A DNA stretch of 64,000 nucleotides from Marsupella aquatica (lineage: Eukaryota; Plantae; Marchantiophyta), in contig OZ316891.1 in assembly GCA_973895155.1 (NCBI GenBank), positions 22,897,884 through 22,961,883 on the forward strand. Direction: 5' to 3'. Positions 38,771-50,262 of the stretch are shown here, piece by piece. Position 1 is the first letter of the stretch. Each line of letters starts with the position of its first letter. Position numbers and translations under genes: made by a program. The notes beneath the pieces were generated by a model. The model made no database searches. It had not been told where the DNA came from and saw nothing but the letters and a program-made list of their open reading frames with translations.

Positions 38771-39297
38771 TGCCATCCACTCCTTAGTGTGCCTCGAACA
38801 CTCTTCTTCGAGCTGACCAGGAGAGGATCCAGCTTCGCTTGGTAGTCTCTCTTCTGAACCTTCTCAAGAGCAATGTCGAGCACATCCACTTTCCGGATTG
38901 CCAAGTCAGAATCACTCAATCTATGCACATTCTCCGAGGACCCATCATCATCCACATGCTAAGTGTCATCTCAAATTTCAGCTTGTGAAAGAAAGGCACT
39001 GTAAGCACAGAGCCAGTAGGGGTACGTGATCCATGACTTCTCGTCGATCACAAGTGCATTTGCTGGGACCAGCTTCGTCACCCAGGCTGGCAGGCGATCC
39101 CCCAACCGATACAGGTTGTGAGCAAACACCCCTTCTCCCCAGAGTGCGTCCACGTAAGGGGCACTGTAAAGCAGCTGCCCTCCTTGGCCTTCAATAGTGT
39201 TGGACTCGTTGGTCTTCCAATTCGCGTAGCGCTGTCCCCTCCTGAACTCCTCGACGGTCATGGGCAGCGGCACCCACATCACTCTTATGTGCACCAT
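38344..39297 (-). pseudogene. Phosphatidylinositol transfer protein (IP_trans, PITP/RdgB-type) pseudogene, intronless, frameshifted
   Basis: PLPMTVEEFRRGQ.Y, G.G, LPAWV..LVP..AL..DEKSW..YPY, DDDGSSENV, RKVDVLDIA, DP, RG.L..GW, PLMCAYKLVKVE..YWAVQNRAE, LTHR, IDEWFD. Frameshifts near 38960-39000 and 38620. Confidence 0.9.
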
Positions 39298-39305
39298 TTT
39301 CTAAG

Positions 39306-42300
39306 GTGTGATAACCACATTCCTTTGGCGTTGCGCCCTTTAGTTCGATCCTCCTTGTTGCAACTCATACAGCTTATCTTGGTGCATTCTATGGAGGTCT
39401 CTTACTGGTCTTTATTGATATTTTTTCCACAGTGATCTCTTACCCTCCCTAGTCATGATGGTCATGTGGGTCACCGTGAGATTGCCTCTCGTATCCATCA
39501 TTTTTTGCGGGGAGATTGGGAGCAACTTCAGGAAGAGTACTTTCTTTGCGTCCGGTCTTTTACCGCCCGTGCTTTGTCTGACCCAGCCCGCCACTCTCAT
39601 CCCCCTGAAGCATAGACGTCTTCGTCGCTCTTGTCATTTAGCCTAGGCTGGTGAATATCGTCAGGCTGTCCAGACCCTTTCTCCCACCACACCAGCCCCC
39701 CCTGGCGAGGTCACCTCGTCGGCCCTTCAGGATCTCCATCTGTAGCCCCATGATCAGCTCCCTTTGTTCATAGAGGATTTTGAGCCTGAGGAGGATCTTC
39801 AGTTTAGTAGGGACCACTTCACCTATGCCTTCCTCCATGCCCCGCGTTGCGCTGCTGGTGGCCCCTCCGGCTATGTCTTTGAGCATTTTCGGGATTTATT
39901 CCCCCTTGAGGATCCTCAGTTTGGTTTTCCAGTTTTCTTCTCCTTTTGCCAGTGTATTGCAGCCGGTCATTTGCCTCCTCCCGTCTCTCGGCTCTTGAGT
40001 GTTTCTCGTTTATTGGCCATGGCTAAGTCTTCACCGGGTGTTCGGCCAATTGCTATTGGGGAGGTTTTTCTTCGGCTTGTGTCTCGCACACTTTCCTCGC
40101 AGTTTCGCTCTGCACTATCGGATCATCTCTCTCCACATCAGTTTGCAGTTGGCGTTCCTGGCGGTTGTGAGACAGTTATTGCGGGTATTCGAGCTACCTT
40201 GGACCTCCACCCTGATTGGGTTGTCCTCCAGGTTGATGTCTCTAACGCTTTTAATACGGTTTCTCGGGCAGCCATTTTTCGTGCTTTGAGGGCGGCCGAT
40301 CCAGACATCCAGTCCCTGATCCCCTTTGTCCGTTGTTTTTATGGACTCGAGGCCCCACTCTTCTATAGTCATCACTCCTCTACAGGTGTGTATACCACTC
40401 TTTCCTCTGCAGAAGGTACTCGTCAGGGTGACCCTTTGGGTGGGCCTCTTTTTGCCATTGCCCATTTTACAGCTTTACGGGAAGCCGCCATGGCCCACCC
40501 CCAGTGTATCTTCCCCTCCCTTTGAGATGACACCCACATCATTGGTCCTCCTGCCGCGGTTACTTCTGCCCTCGCCACTCTTTCCACCCATTTGATGGGC
40601 CTCGGTTTACGAGTTCAGCCTGTGAAGAGTCGTGCATGGAGTCCAGCTGGGTTACCCTCTGATCTTGCGCTTCCCCCAGGGTTCTTACATCCAGCCAATG
40701 GTCTTCGGGTCCTTGGCTCCCCAGTCGGTACCGCCTCCTTTTGCTCCTCTTTCATCGCTGACTCTCTACAGGCTGCCTTAGCCTCTACTACTATGCTCCC
40801 TAAGTTAGCAGATTCTCAGGCAGCATTTGGGATGTTGTTGAGGTGCATCCACCCTCGTGCGTCTTATCTGGCTAGGACGCATCCCCCTATTGAGGATCTT
40901 TGTCTCCACCTTCGAGCATTTGATGTCTCCATTCATCAGACCCTGGCCTCTCTTTTGGGGCCGGGTACGTTGCTCTCATCTCCGTGGCTTCATCGACAAC
41001 TCAGTCTTCCTATTTTGCAGGGTGGTTTTGGGCTTACTTCCATTGAGAGCCTTGCACCTTTGGCCTTTTTGGGTGCATGGGCGGCCGCCTTCTCATTGTT
41101 GGCCGATCGTTTTCTTATTGAGGATCGCCCTTTTTTACTTTCATCTCTCATGGAGGTAGAGGAGGGTTCCCTCCCGTTTCAGGTTCATTTGCGCGCAGCG
41201 CGGTCCTCATTACCAGATCCCGTTTGCGCCGCGTTACCTTCTTTTCAGGAGTTTTTATCCTTGGATCCCGTTCGTCTTCAGGCAAAACTCGTTGGGCAAA
41301 TGCACGCTTTCACCCTTTCCAGCATCCTCTCTGAGGCACCTGACACGGACCGAGCTTGGATTCTTTCTTCCGGAGGGAAGGGCGCAGGTGGATGGCTTCA
41401 GGCCAATCCAGTCATTCCTCATTTGCGGATGTCTTCAACGGAGTTCTCCACAGCCATGCGTCTTTGTATGGGGCTGCCCCACCCACTTCTTGCAGGTTTA
41501 CCTCCTTCTTGCACTTGTGGGAAGCCTTGTGATGCCACAGGTGTCCATCTTCTTCGGTGCAGTTTGGGAGGTGAAACCATTATTGTTCATGACGTTGTGC
41601 GAGATGCGACTGCTCAGGTTCTCTCTGGCTCTTTGGTATGCATGCGGCGGGAGGTGGTACTCGAGTTACCTGGTCCTCCATCACAACGGTTACGGGTGGA
41701 TCTTACCATGGTCCGTGAGGGTCAACGTACATTGGCAGATGTAGTGGTGGCAAACCCATTGGGCCAAGACATCATTGGGACAGCGGCAACTACGGCAGGG
41801 GCAGCAGCGTCACGTATGGCAACAACGAAGGAGGCCAAATATATTGCACGAGCTTCATCCGACAGCTTCCTCCCCCTTGCTCTGGAGCTATTTGGGCGTC
41901 TTCATGGCCGCATGGATCCCACCGGACCCCCGCTTTCTATTTTGACCATGCACTTTCGCCAACGCATTTCAGTCACCTTGCAGCGTGCTCAAGCTCGGGC
42001 CATCTATTGTCAATCTCTTACAGTGGGTGCTAGTGTGCCTCCGCAGCGGCTAGCTCCCCTAGAGGATGTTCCAATCCCACTTGCCGATCTAGTTTTGACC
42101 CTTGATGTGGACCAGTAGCTTTTTGCCACATTCGCTAGGAATGATGAGGACCTCGGTCTGCTTGGGTTAGTTTTAGTCTCTCTTTCTTGGTTTTTAGGGG
42201 TTCCCTATTGCTCATTTCTTTCTTTTAGTTCCTCTTTCTTGGTGTTTAGTGGTTCCCTTTTGCTCACTTCTTTTTCGATTGGTATTGTCCACTTGGGCCC

Positions 42301-42368
42301 TCTTTTGTTTGTTCATTTGTACTCTGATTGGTCCCTTTGTATATAACAAGTGTGTATATTTCATTTCT
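39306..42368 (+). mobile_element. CRE-clade (RLE-type) non-LTR retrotransposon, 5'-truncated, degenerate
   Basis: RT motifs RPIAIGE..RL, QFAVG..GGCE, QVDVSNAFN.VSR, GTRQGDPLG..LF, SL*DDTHI; C-terminal CTCG..D..G.HLL.C..G....HD.VRD knuckle and RVDL..LADV..KEAKY..FLPLALE.FG endonuclease. 10-bp TSD ATTTTCTAAG at 39296-305 and 42369-378. Confidence 0.88.
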
Positions 42369-43298
42369 ATTTTCTAAGCGAGTTTCTAGCTTCGTCGGTT
42401 CCAATTTTGAGCGACGCTTGAGTGGAGGAACACACAACCTCTTCAGTATTCTACTCTATGAAGGAATGGAACTTCTTAATATATGTACGCCGAAGGAACA
42501 AAAACTATTTGATCAATTTTGATGGGCAGAGTGAAGAAACACACATTCAACCCCTTGACTATTCTACTATGTGAAGTCCGGCCGCAACCTCTTCGATGAA
42601 TGTTTATATATAGTAGCTCCTACTACCCGTTCTTTGAACTCAATAGCGATGAGTACCAAAAAGTGCTTGAGACAAAATAGATTTGAGAAAGTAATAAGAA
42701 TAGTGTATCAAAAGACAAAGGGAAACCCCACTTGAGAAATTTTTCTATCAAGAGTCAAAACTTGATGGTAAAATGGTTCAAGTGGGGGAAAACCCTAAAT
42801 TTTATTCAAATGGTGGAAATTTTAACATAAGGTATGTTAGATGGCTTGTAGATGTCAACATGACATACAACAATAATGTCATATGACAGCCAGCTTTGAA
42901 ATAGTCCATTGTAGATTACATATCTGCTTGAATATCTAGAAGTGCACCATTTGCTTGGAGCGTGGAACCAACCAAGCAACCATGGAAACTACAACTGCAA
43001 ACCACCCAAAAGGAGCCAAAAGAACGGTCATAGGAGGAAATCAATTGCAATAGATGGAATATATGCAAGAGAGTGAAGTAAGCAATATAACCATCTTCAA
43101 AAAGATTCCAAGTGCTAAGAAGATCCAATCATGTCATCAAAAGAGGGTCAAGTTAGTATTGAATTGAAATGAATATGGAAGGAATATTTACCTGTCAATT
43201 GAAACAAGATTATTGAAGCTGGGAGTAGAGGAGCCGTTCTATCAATGCACGGGCTCGTGCTAGTGTAACCAAGAGCTCAATGGATACACACCCTCCCA

Positions 43299-46200
43299 TC
43301 ATCTTAAAATCTCACGGTATACAACATTCCTAGTGTAAAGGTCATCCTTATTGGGATATGCATTCCGTGCTATCATAATGCGAATGCCAGTCCGAGCACC
43401 AACCCTAGACAATGCCACATATAATTGACCTTGCGAGAAAACTGGGTTTGGTAGAAATATCCCAATCTTTGCCAAGGTTTGACCTTGAGACTTATTGATG
43501 GTCATACCAAAGGCAGCACGGATAGGAAACTGAAATTGACGAAGATCAAATGGTAACCTAGAGTCGGATGCAATGAGAGGAATGCGTGGAATAAAAACAC
43601 GGTCTCCAATATTCTTCCCTGTGATGATCTTTGCATCTATGACATGACGCCCAAAACCACGAACTATCAAGCGAGTGCCATTAGCTTGTCCTCTTGACCC
43701 ATTCATGTTTCTCAAAAGCATGATGGATGCACCAATATTCAAAGTCAACTTATGTGGAGGTAAACCGGAGGGCAACAATGTATTGAGGAATTCTGTGGGA
43801 TACATGAAGGCAGTTGCTTCATTGGGAATTGAATCTGCACTCAAAAACTCATGTTCCTGCAAAACTCCATGACTAAAAATTAGAAAGTTACCAACTTTCA
43901 TTGAGAAAATTTTCCTTCAAGGACAAAATTGAAAGTTATTCATGTTGCTAGTGGTAAGGGATTTACCTCTCCAGGAAAGCCACGCATCACCTCCTCATTA
44001 GCCTTATCCACATCTTTGTTTGTGGTGGTCAAAATAACTCTATCTTTTAAAAAGTTAGCATTGTTGAAGTTCACTGGATCTGAGCCATAGATCTCAACAA
44101 TTAGGTCACTAAGCTAGTCGGTTGGCATTATCAGGTCATGCGGCAAACAGATGACATCATCACCCAAATCAGATTCAGTTGGCAAAGTTCCCTCTCCAAT
44201 TGCTAGTAACCAATCGCTAAAGCCCTTGTTGCTCAAAGCGCCTCTTCTCCTACATATATTAAAATCCAGAAAGGTTGTCAGTTTTTTTGAAGCAAATATT
44301 AAAAGAGTATATATTTACTTATTCCAACATGGAAAAGTTAGTGCTAAGATAAATTAACATTTCATAAACTAAATAGTAAAAAATGATATTCTATAAATAT
44401 CATAGCACACTAAGTATAAAATATGCATGTAAAACAATTCTTGATAATATAACATACCTTCTAGTGTTTTTACTCTCATATTCTCACTTAGCCTCATCAC
44501 TTTTATCTTTGATTATATAAAAGATCTTTTGAAGGTGGCTCGAATGATGGCCGCTTGATCTCCATGCCGAACTATAGGAAGCACTTGACAAAAATCACCA
44601 CCAAAGACCATCAATTTTCCTCCAAACGGCAAGTTATTCTTCATGATATCTTGAAGTGTCCGGCTAACAGCCTCAAAGGCATGTCTATGAGTCATGGGTG
44701 CTTCATCCCATATGATCAATAATGCGCATCGAATCAAGCGTGCTGCCTTCACTCTCCATTACTATGCTGCACACAATCATCACAAAAAAATTTGAAAAAA
44801 TAACATTTGTACTATCTCTCTAAACCAATAGCTCAAAATCTCATAAATTAGTATATTTTATGAACTCAATCTCAATATCAACACAATTTTAACTTCTTAC
44901 TTGCAAGTAGAGCTTTTGTGAACAATGAGTGGAATCTTGAATTGTGAATGTGCCGTGCGACCCCCCTGTAATAGTAAGGTTGCAATCCCCGATGATGCCA
45001 CGGCAAGAGCAATGTGCCCCTCACATCTGACCCTTGCCAGTAGAAGATTATACAAAAATGTCTTTCCAGTTCCACCTGGTCCATCAATAAAGAATAGATG
45101 CTCCTAGACAAAACAAAAACCTTGAGTTAGACATGGAAATTATTTGTAGTGTCAAATAAAGCATCTCATAATCATGTTGCAAAGCTATATGAAAGGTAAT
45201 ATATATACTTACCCGAGGAGATTCACCTTGCAATATGGTCTCACAAACATCATTCACTTGTTGCCAAATTGAATTTTGTCCATCATTTAGTTTTTCTTCT
45301 CCCTCCAATGCACATGCACATAGTGCAACACGATCATATGAGAGTTCATCTAACTCCAAATGAGAATGAGCCTCTTCATTGCAAATAAAATTTGTTTGAT
45401 ACATGTCAGAAAAATGAGACAATCGTTTGTTGTGATCTTGTAAATAACGGTCAATTTCCAACAATGCGTTATTGATAACTGCATGTTGAGGAAGATTAGA
45501 CATTCCAAATTCCTACAAATACAATGTGGTTGACCAATGTTAGTTTGCAAGACGAATTTAGCACATTAAATCATTTCATAAGAAGTTATGCCTCATGAGT
45601 AAAAAATTGGATTTGTGTAGAAAAAAATACCTGACGTCTCAAATACAATAGATCCTCTATCATGGATGTTATAAATTGATCCCATAACTCTTTAGGGCGT
45701 GCAGGTGTGTTGTAGAGAAGAATGATGGCCCAAAAAGTTGACAAACTGCACATCCAGTTTGAATCTCTGAACATTCCCTAAAACAGTCAATAACCTCTGA
45801 ATCATCTTCCAAGAGTCCCAACTTAATTGCTGCCTCCTTAAAAGTGGGCATGACTACGCTATCAATTGTTTTCAAACTGTCATATCCAATAGCCCCTTTA
45901 ATATGATGAAGAAGTAACTACATCCAATGACGTTCTCCTTCACCTGCAGAATAAAAATTCATTAAAATGAATATTTTGAATATAATAAAAATAAGTTTAA
46001 GTATTTGAGTGAAATTAAGTCAAGATAAAAATAATACCTGGATGAGTCAAATATAAACGACCAATAGGATATCCACAGCCTTTAACATTTTTCTTACGGA
46101 TGATCCATTTTTTTTGTTCTTGTTCCAACTATAATGAAGTGGAAACTCATGGTATTTATATTGTCGTGCCTCGGGATCACTAACATTCGTTGAAAACCAT

Positions 46201-48170
46201 TCTGTCAATGTGGTTGCCACCTTTCGTTGCAAAATCTCCTCGGTTGTTACGTTCTCACTAAAAACTATACTTTGCTCATTCTCAAGATGAACAGTTAATC
46301 GAACAATACTCGGCTCTTTCGAATGCAAACAAAACTTGAAAATGCGCCAACATGCTTCAACAGATGAGATGTATCTACAAACAAAAATATTAGTATGATT
46401 TGAGAAATCTTCAAATGGAATCAAATAACAACTGTACAAAAACTCTTAACACATTTCACACTATTGAAAAACTTGAAATTGATTAATGAATTAGAATTAA
46501 ATAGAATAGAAATATAAAATGAAATAAACACCGCGCATCTTGATATTTTGAGACCTCATCTACTGGTGCCTCCGTCTCAATTGTGCCACCAGCTCATGAC
46601 AATCAGACCAAAATTATGTTGGATCCCTTATACACATATTTATAAATATACTTCACAGCAGCAATGCCACTTGTAACTTCAAGATTTATGTGACAATCAA
46701 AAAGTGTGCAAAGTAATTTATTGTATGACACCACCCAACGATTGTCCAAAAAACAATTTTTCTTCTTCACCGTACGACCATCATCTCGTCTGCAATGTTT
46801 AAAGTAAGAAAAAAATCATAGGTAAATATAATTATATACACATAAATATAATATATATAAGTACACGAAATCATGATATATAAGTAATTGAAATCAACCC
46901 ACCTGCGATCTGTCGGGTATCCATCCTCGTTCAATGTGGTGTGGGAGGCAAACTCCATTTTTCATGCATTTTGCATTTTGCATTTGGGCACCACATGGTC
47001 CATGCATCATGCAAGTAACCATAGTTTGATAAAGACTTATTTGCAAAATAGGATCTGGTATCTCCACTAAAATAACATCATCAATCTGGGGTAGCATTTC
47101 GTGGTTTGTCCTCATAACCCATGCACATCAAAAGATGAATATGTGGCAAACCTCTTTTTTGAAATTCTATAATATGTATCTTTGCCACACAATTACCCAA
47201 AATCTTCTGATTTTTTAGCAAATCTAACAATGTCTTCTTCTTTTGTTCAAACACCCGAGCAACCAAGTCAGAATGATTAGCTGCTTTTTGGTTGCTACAT
47301 ACCAGCTCATCCGTGATCTCCTTCCATGTAGGATTGCATGTCATTGTCAAGAAATAATCAGGCTTGCCAAAATGCCTAACAATAGCCATGGCATCCTGAA
47401 ATAATTGATGCATATGACATGGACCTCCTATAAAGCTTGAAGGTAATATGATGCGTCTTCCAATATCTGCTGCATGATCATGTCTCGTCATTGCATCTTG
47501 AACTCCCTGATATAGATGCGCTCTTAATTGAGGTTGATGAGTACGTATATAGGTCAACCTTTGGCTCTCAATAGTGGCATACACATCCACCATGTACTCC
47601 TGATAAAGCCTATCAAAACTTGTTAACTTACTACCATCCATGCACTCCATAGGATTATCTTCTTGTGTATGAAGCCTAAATGAGGCAAACTCCAAAGGGG
47701 TAACATTTGTTGTCCCTGTATCTGCATGTGCATCATTATCCATGACATTCTTGTATGCCCTCTCGTGAATAACATTCTCCACCACTCCCTCTTTGCTTTC
47801 CATAGCAATAGTCTCTTGCAATATAGAAAAATTATGTTTTCAAATGCCTATATGCCATCCTGCCTCACCATATGGAAATAGGAGAACAAAATGCAAAGGA
47901 ATATATGTCTGATTGAGATCAGATATACGACGTACCCCTCCTCCATGCAAATGTACAATGATATCACGTGGACCAACCTCCTCACTCCCATCTCCAGGAA
48001 TAATGGCTGCAACCTCTGATGCTATCGGCAAGTTATAACGTCTAGCATCAAGACCTCTCTAGCTAGCTTTCAATACTATGCGCACATTTTGACTACCAAC
48101 TTCACATGCTATAGCCTGAAAAGATCTGACATATGCATTATGCTCACGCATAAGATTTTGTAATCCTCTC
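43299..48170 (-). mobile_element. Helitron Rep/helicase gene remnant with introns
   Basis: Rep: P.ASEVAAII, FVLLFPYGEAGWH, ILPSSFIGGP, QDAMAIVRHFGKPD.FLTMTCNP.W, EFQKRGLPHIH, RYISSVEACWRI. PIF1 helicase: [64 protein letters not shown]. Multiple stops and frameshifts. Confidence 0.95.
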
Positions 48171-49297
48171 AAGGTCTCAATCGATGCAGAGTCGGTAGCT
48201 GTGCTGCTGTGGGAGCGATGTGTGTGTGTGTGTGATCTGCTTCGGAACCTTCGAGTGAATAAGGGACTTCAACGGAAAAGAGGAAATGGAAGGTGTACGA
48301 TGGTGAGTATTCGAGTGAATGGGAAAAAGTGAAAGGAGAGAGGCTATGGTGGATAAGGAAGCGCAATTCGGGTGACCCAGGGAGGAAAAAACTTATATTA
48401 ATCGTGAATGAGGGGACGTAAGGGAAAATGAAGAGATTATGAGGAAGAGAATGTGAGAAGGGCGAGCGCTGCTGAACATTAAAGCTACTGAAAGGTCTCT
48501 CAAATGATCAAGAAGAAGCAGTCGAATGTTGACAGCTTTTTGAGAGAGATTATTCGTGGGATTTTGGAAGCAAAGGAGTAAGGGGCGAATGGCCGATCGT
48601 TGAGACTGTGAAGGAAAGTTAAGGAGTGCTTTGAAGCTTGAGAAACGGAGGAGGTCGAATTCAAAAGTAGGAAACCTTGGGAAAGCATTTGAGCAAAAGG
48701 AGAAGCCGAACGTTTGCGCTGACTCAAAGCAGAGAAGCGGAGGAGAATTAATCGAAGACCGGAGCCTGTCAAGATCATTCGCTCGGTATTTGAGATTGAG
48801 GGAGTGGATGAAGAATACAGGGAATGTTTTCTTAGTACGCGATCGAGTGGGGAGGGGCGAAGAGTGGTGAATCACCACAGGAGTGAGGTTCGGGACTTGT
48901 GTTTGGGGCCGCGGAGGATTGAACAGAAGGATGAAAGTGAACTTTTTCATTTAGCACCACGGAGTGGCTGTGGTGACAAAAGGGAAAATTAGAAAGCGCA
49001 GCGAAGGAGACAGGGATCTGGAATGGTGAATGTTGAATATTGTGTGTTGGAGAAGCTTGACTTTCGTTGTTATCGTTTGAGGACTTTTCTCGAGAGAACA
49101 GGTCAGATTGAGATTCAGGAAGAGAAACGGCAGAGCTTCATCATGGTGGAAAAACAAAATAAAACATGTGTGCTGAAAGTCTGAGCTATGATGAAGGTAA
49201 AGAGGACTGGAGTTCAAAGCGAAAAGAACATGTGATAAAGATCCGAGAATGAATTCTAAGAACGTTGCTGCTGAACGATGATGTGGGAGGGTGAAGC

Positions 49298-49445
49298 ATG
49301 GATATCATTACTAGCCGGTGAGGCAAGTGTCAGAATGAAAGGCAACTTCAAGGCTCATCGAACCTAAACCTGGATATCATTACTAGTCCATGAGGCATGT
49401 GTCAGAATGAAAGGCAACTTCAAGGCTCATCAACCCGAAACCCTA
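49298..49445. repeat. Tandem duplication, about 73 bp x2
   Basis: TGGATATCATTACTAG..C.TGAGGCA.GTGTCAGAATGAAAGGCAACTTCAAGGCTCATC twice. Confidence 0.9.
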
Positions 49446-49517
49446 TGAGCCTCCTGTACTTAGCTGCCCACAGCCCGTGCCTGCCTCCTGTGGTCTCACT
49501 ATTTTCCTAAGTGACAC

Positions 49518-49635
49518 TAGAGTGTGAATGAATCCCACTTTTGGGTGGGATGAATGTTACAAAAGGACATGAGTGACCAGGATTTGAACTGGATACCTGC
49601 TGTCCCCTACTAATGCACTCTTCCCCAGCCTGGGA
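49518..49635 (-). mobile_element. tRNA-derived SINE-like copy (reverse orientation)
   Basis: Minus strand has a B-box-like AGTTCAAATCC followed by TAACATTCATCCCACCCAAAAGTGGGATTCATTCAC, shared with 50025-50070. Confidence 0.45.
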
Positions 49636-49702
49636 CCAGGTGATGACCAGATTGACTTGCAACTAGTACTTAAACAAATACAGGCATCAGGCATAGTGGG
49701 CA

Positions 49703-50262
49703 ACAGGCAGCTGTGTATGGACTAATCAATGGTAAGTAGCATTTATTAGCCTCAATCTTAACATTTGTTCTTAATTGTATATATCTACTAGCCCAAGGGT
49801 AACATTAAGGACGAAACTCAATCTCGAGGATAATTAATGCTAATCCGCATTGATTACCTCGTTAGTGCTGCCCGCTGCCCGTATGTATTGCGTCTGATTT
49901 TAGGATAAATACCTAGAGCGAAAGAATGTTGTCACGAATTGTGGAGAGACTCAATGGTAGCACATCTCGGTTAGAGATCAGGAGGTCCTGGGCTCGAAAC
50001 CGGTTGTGTCAAAGAATGCATTTTAACATTCACCCCACCCAAAAAGTGGGGATCATTCATGCTATTCACATTCAAAAAAATATGTTGGGGCGGGCAGTAG
50101 GCGCGGGCAGGTGTGTACCCGAGGCTCTTAATGAGCCTCGAGATTGCCTTTCGTCGCGAATAAGGGTAACAGGCAGCTGTGTATGGACTAATCAATGCTA
50201 AGTAGCATTTATTAGCCTCCATATTTAACATTTGTTCTTAGTTGTATATATCTACTAGCCCA
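49703..50262. repeat. About 95-bp direct repeats (49703-49797 and 50169-50262)
   Basis: AACAGGCAGCTGTGTATGGACTAATCAATG.TAAGTAGCATTTATTAGCCTC...TTGTATATATCTACTAGCCCAA twice. Confidence 0.9.
49932..50080 (+). mobile_element. tRNA-derived SINE-like element
   Basis: A-box-like AGACTCAATGGTAG, B-box-like GGGCTCGAAACC at tRNA-like spacing, A-rich tail, and possible TSD AAAGAATGTTG/AAATATGTTG. Confidence 0.5.

Noticed and set aside
49932-50010. tRNA gene
   Set aside because: The A/B boxes are degenerate, no clean acceptor stem is visible, and a shared SINE-like body and A tail follow.
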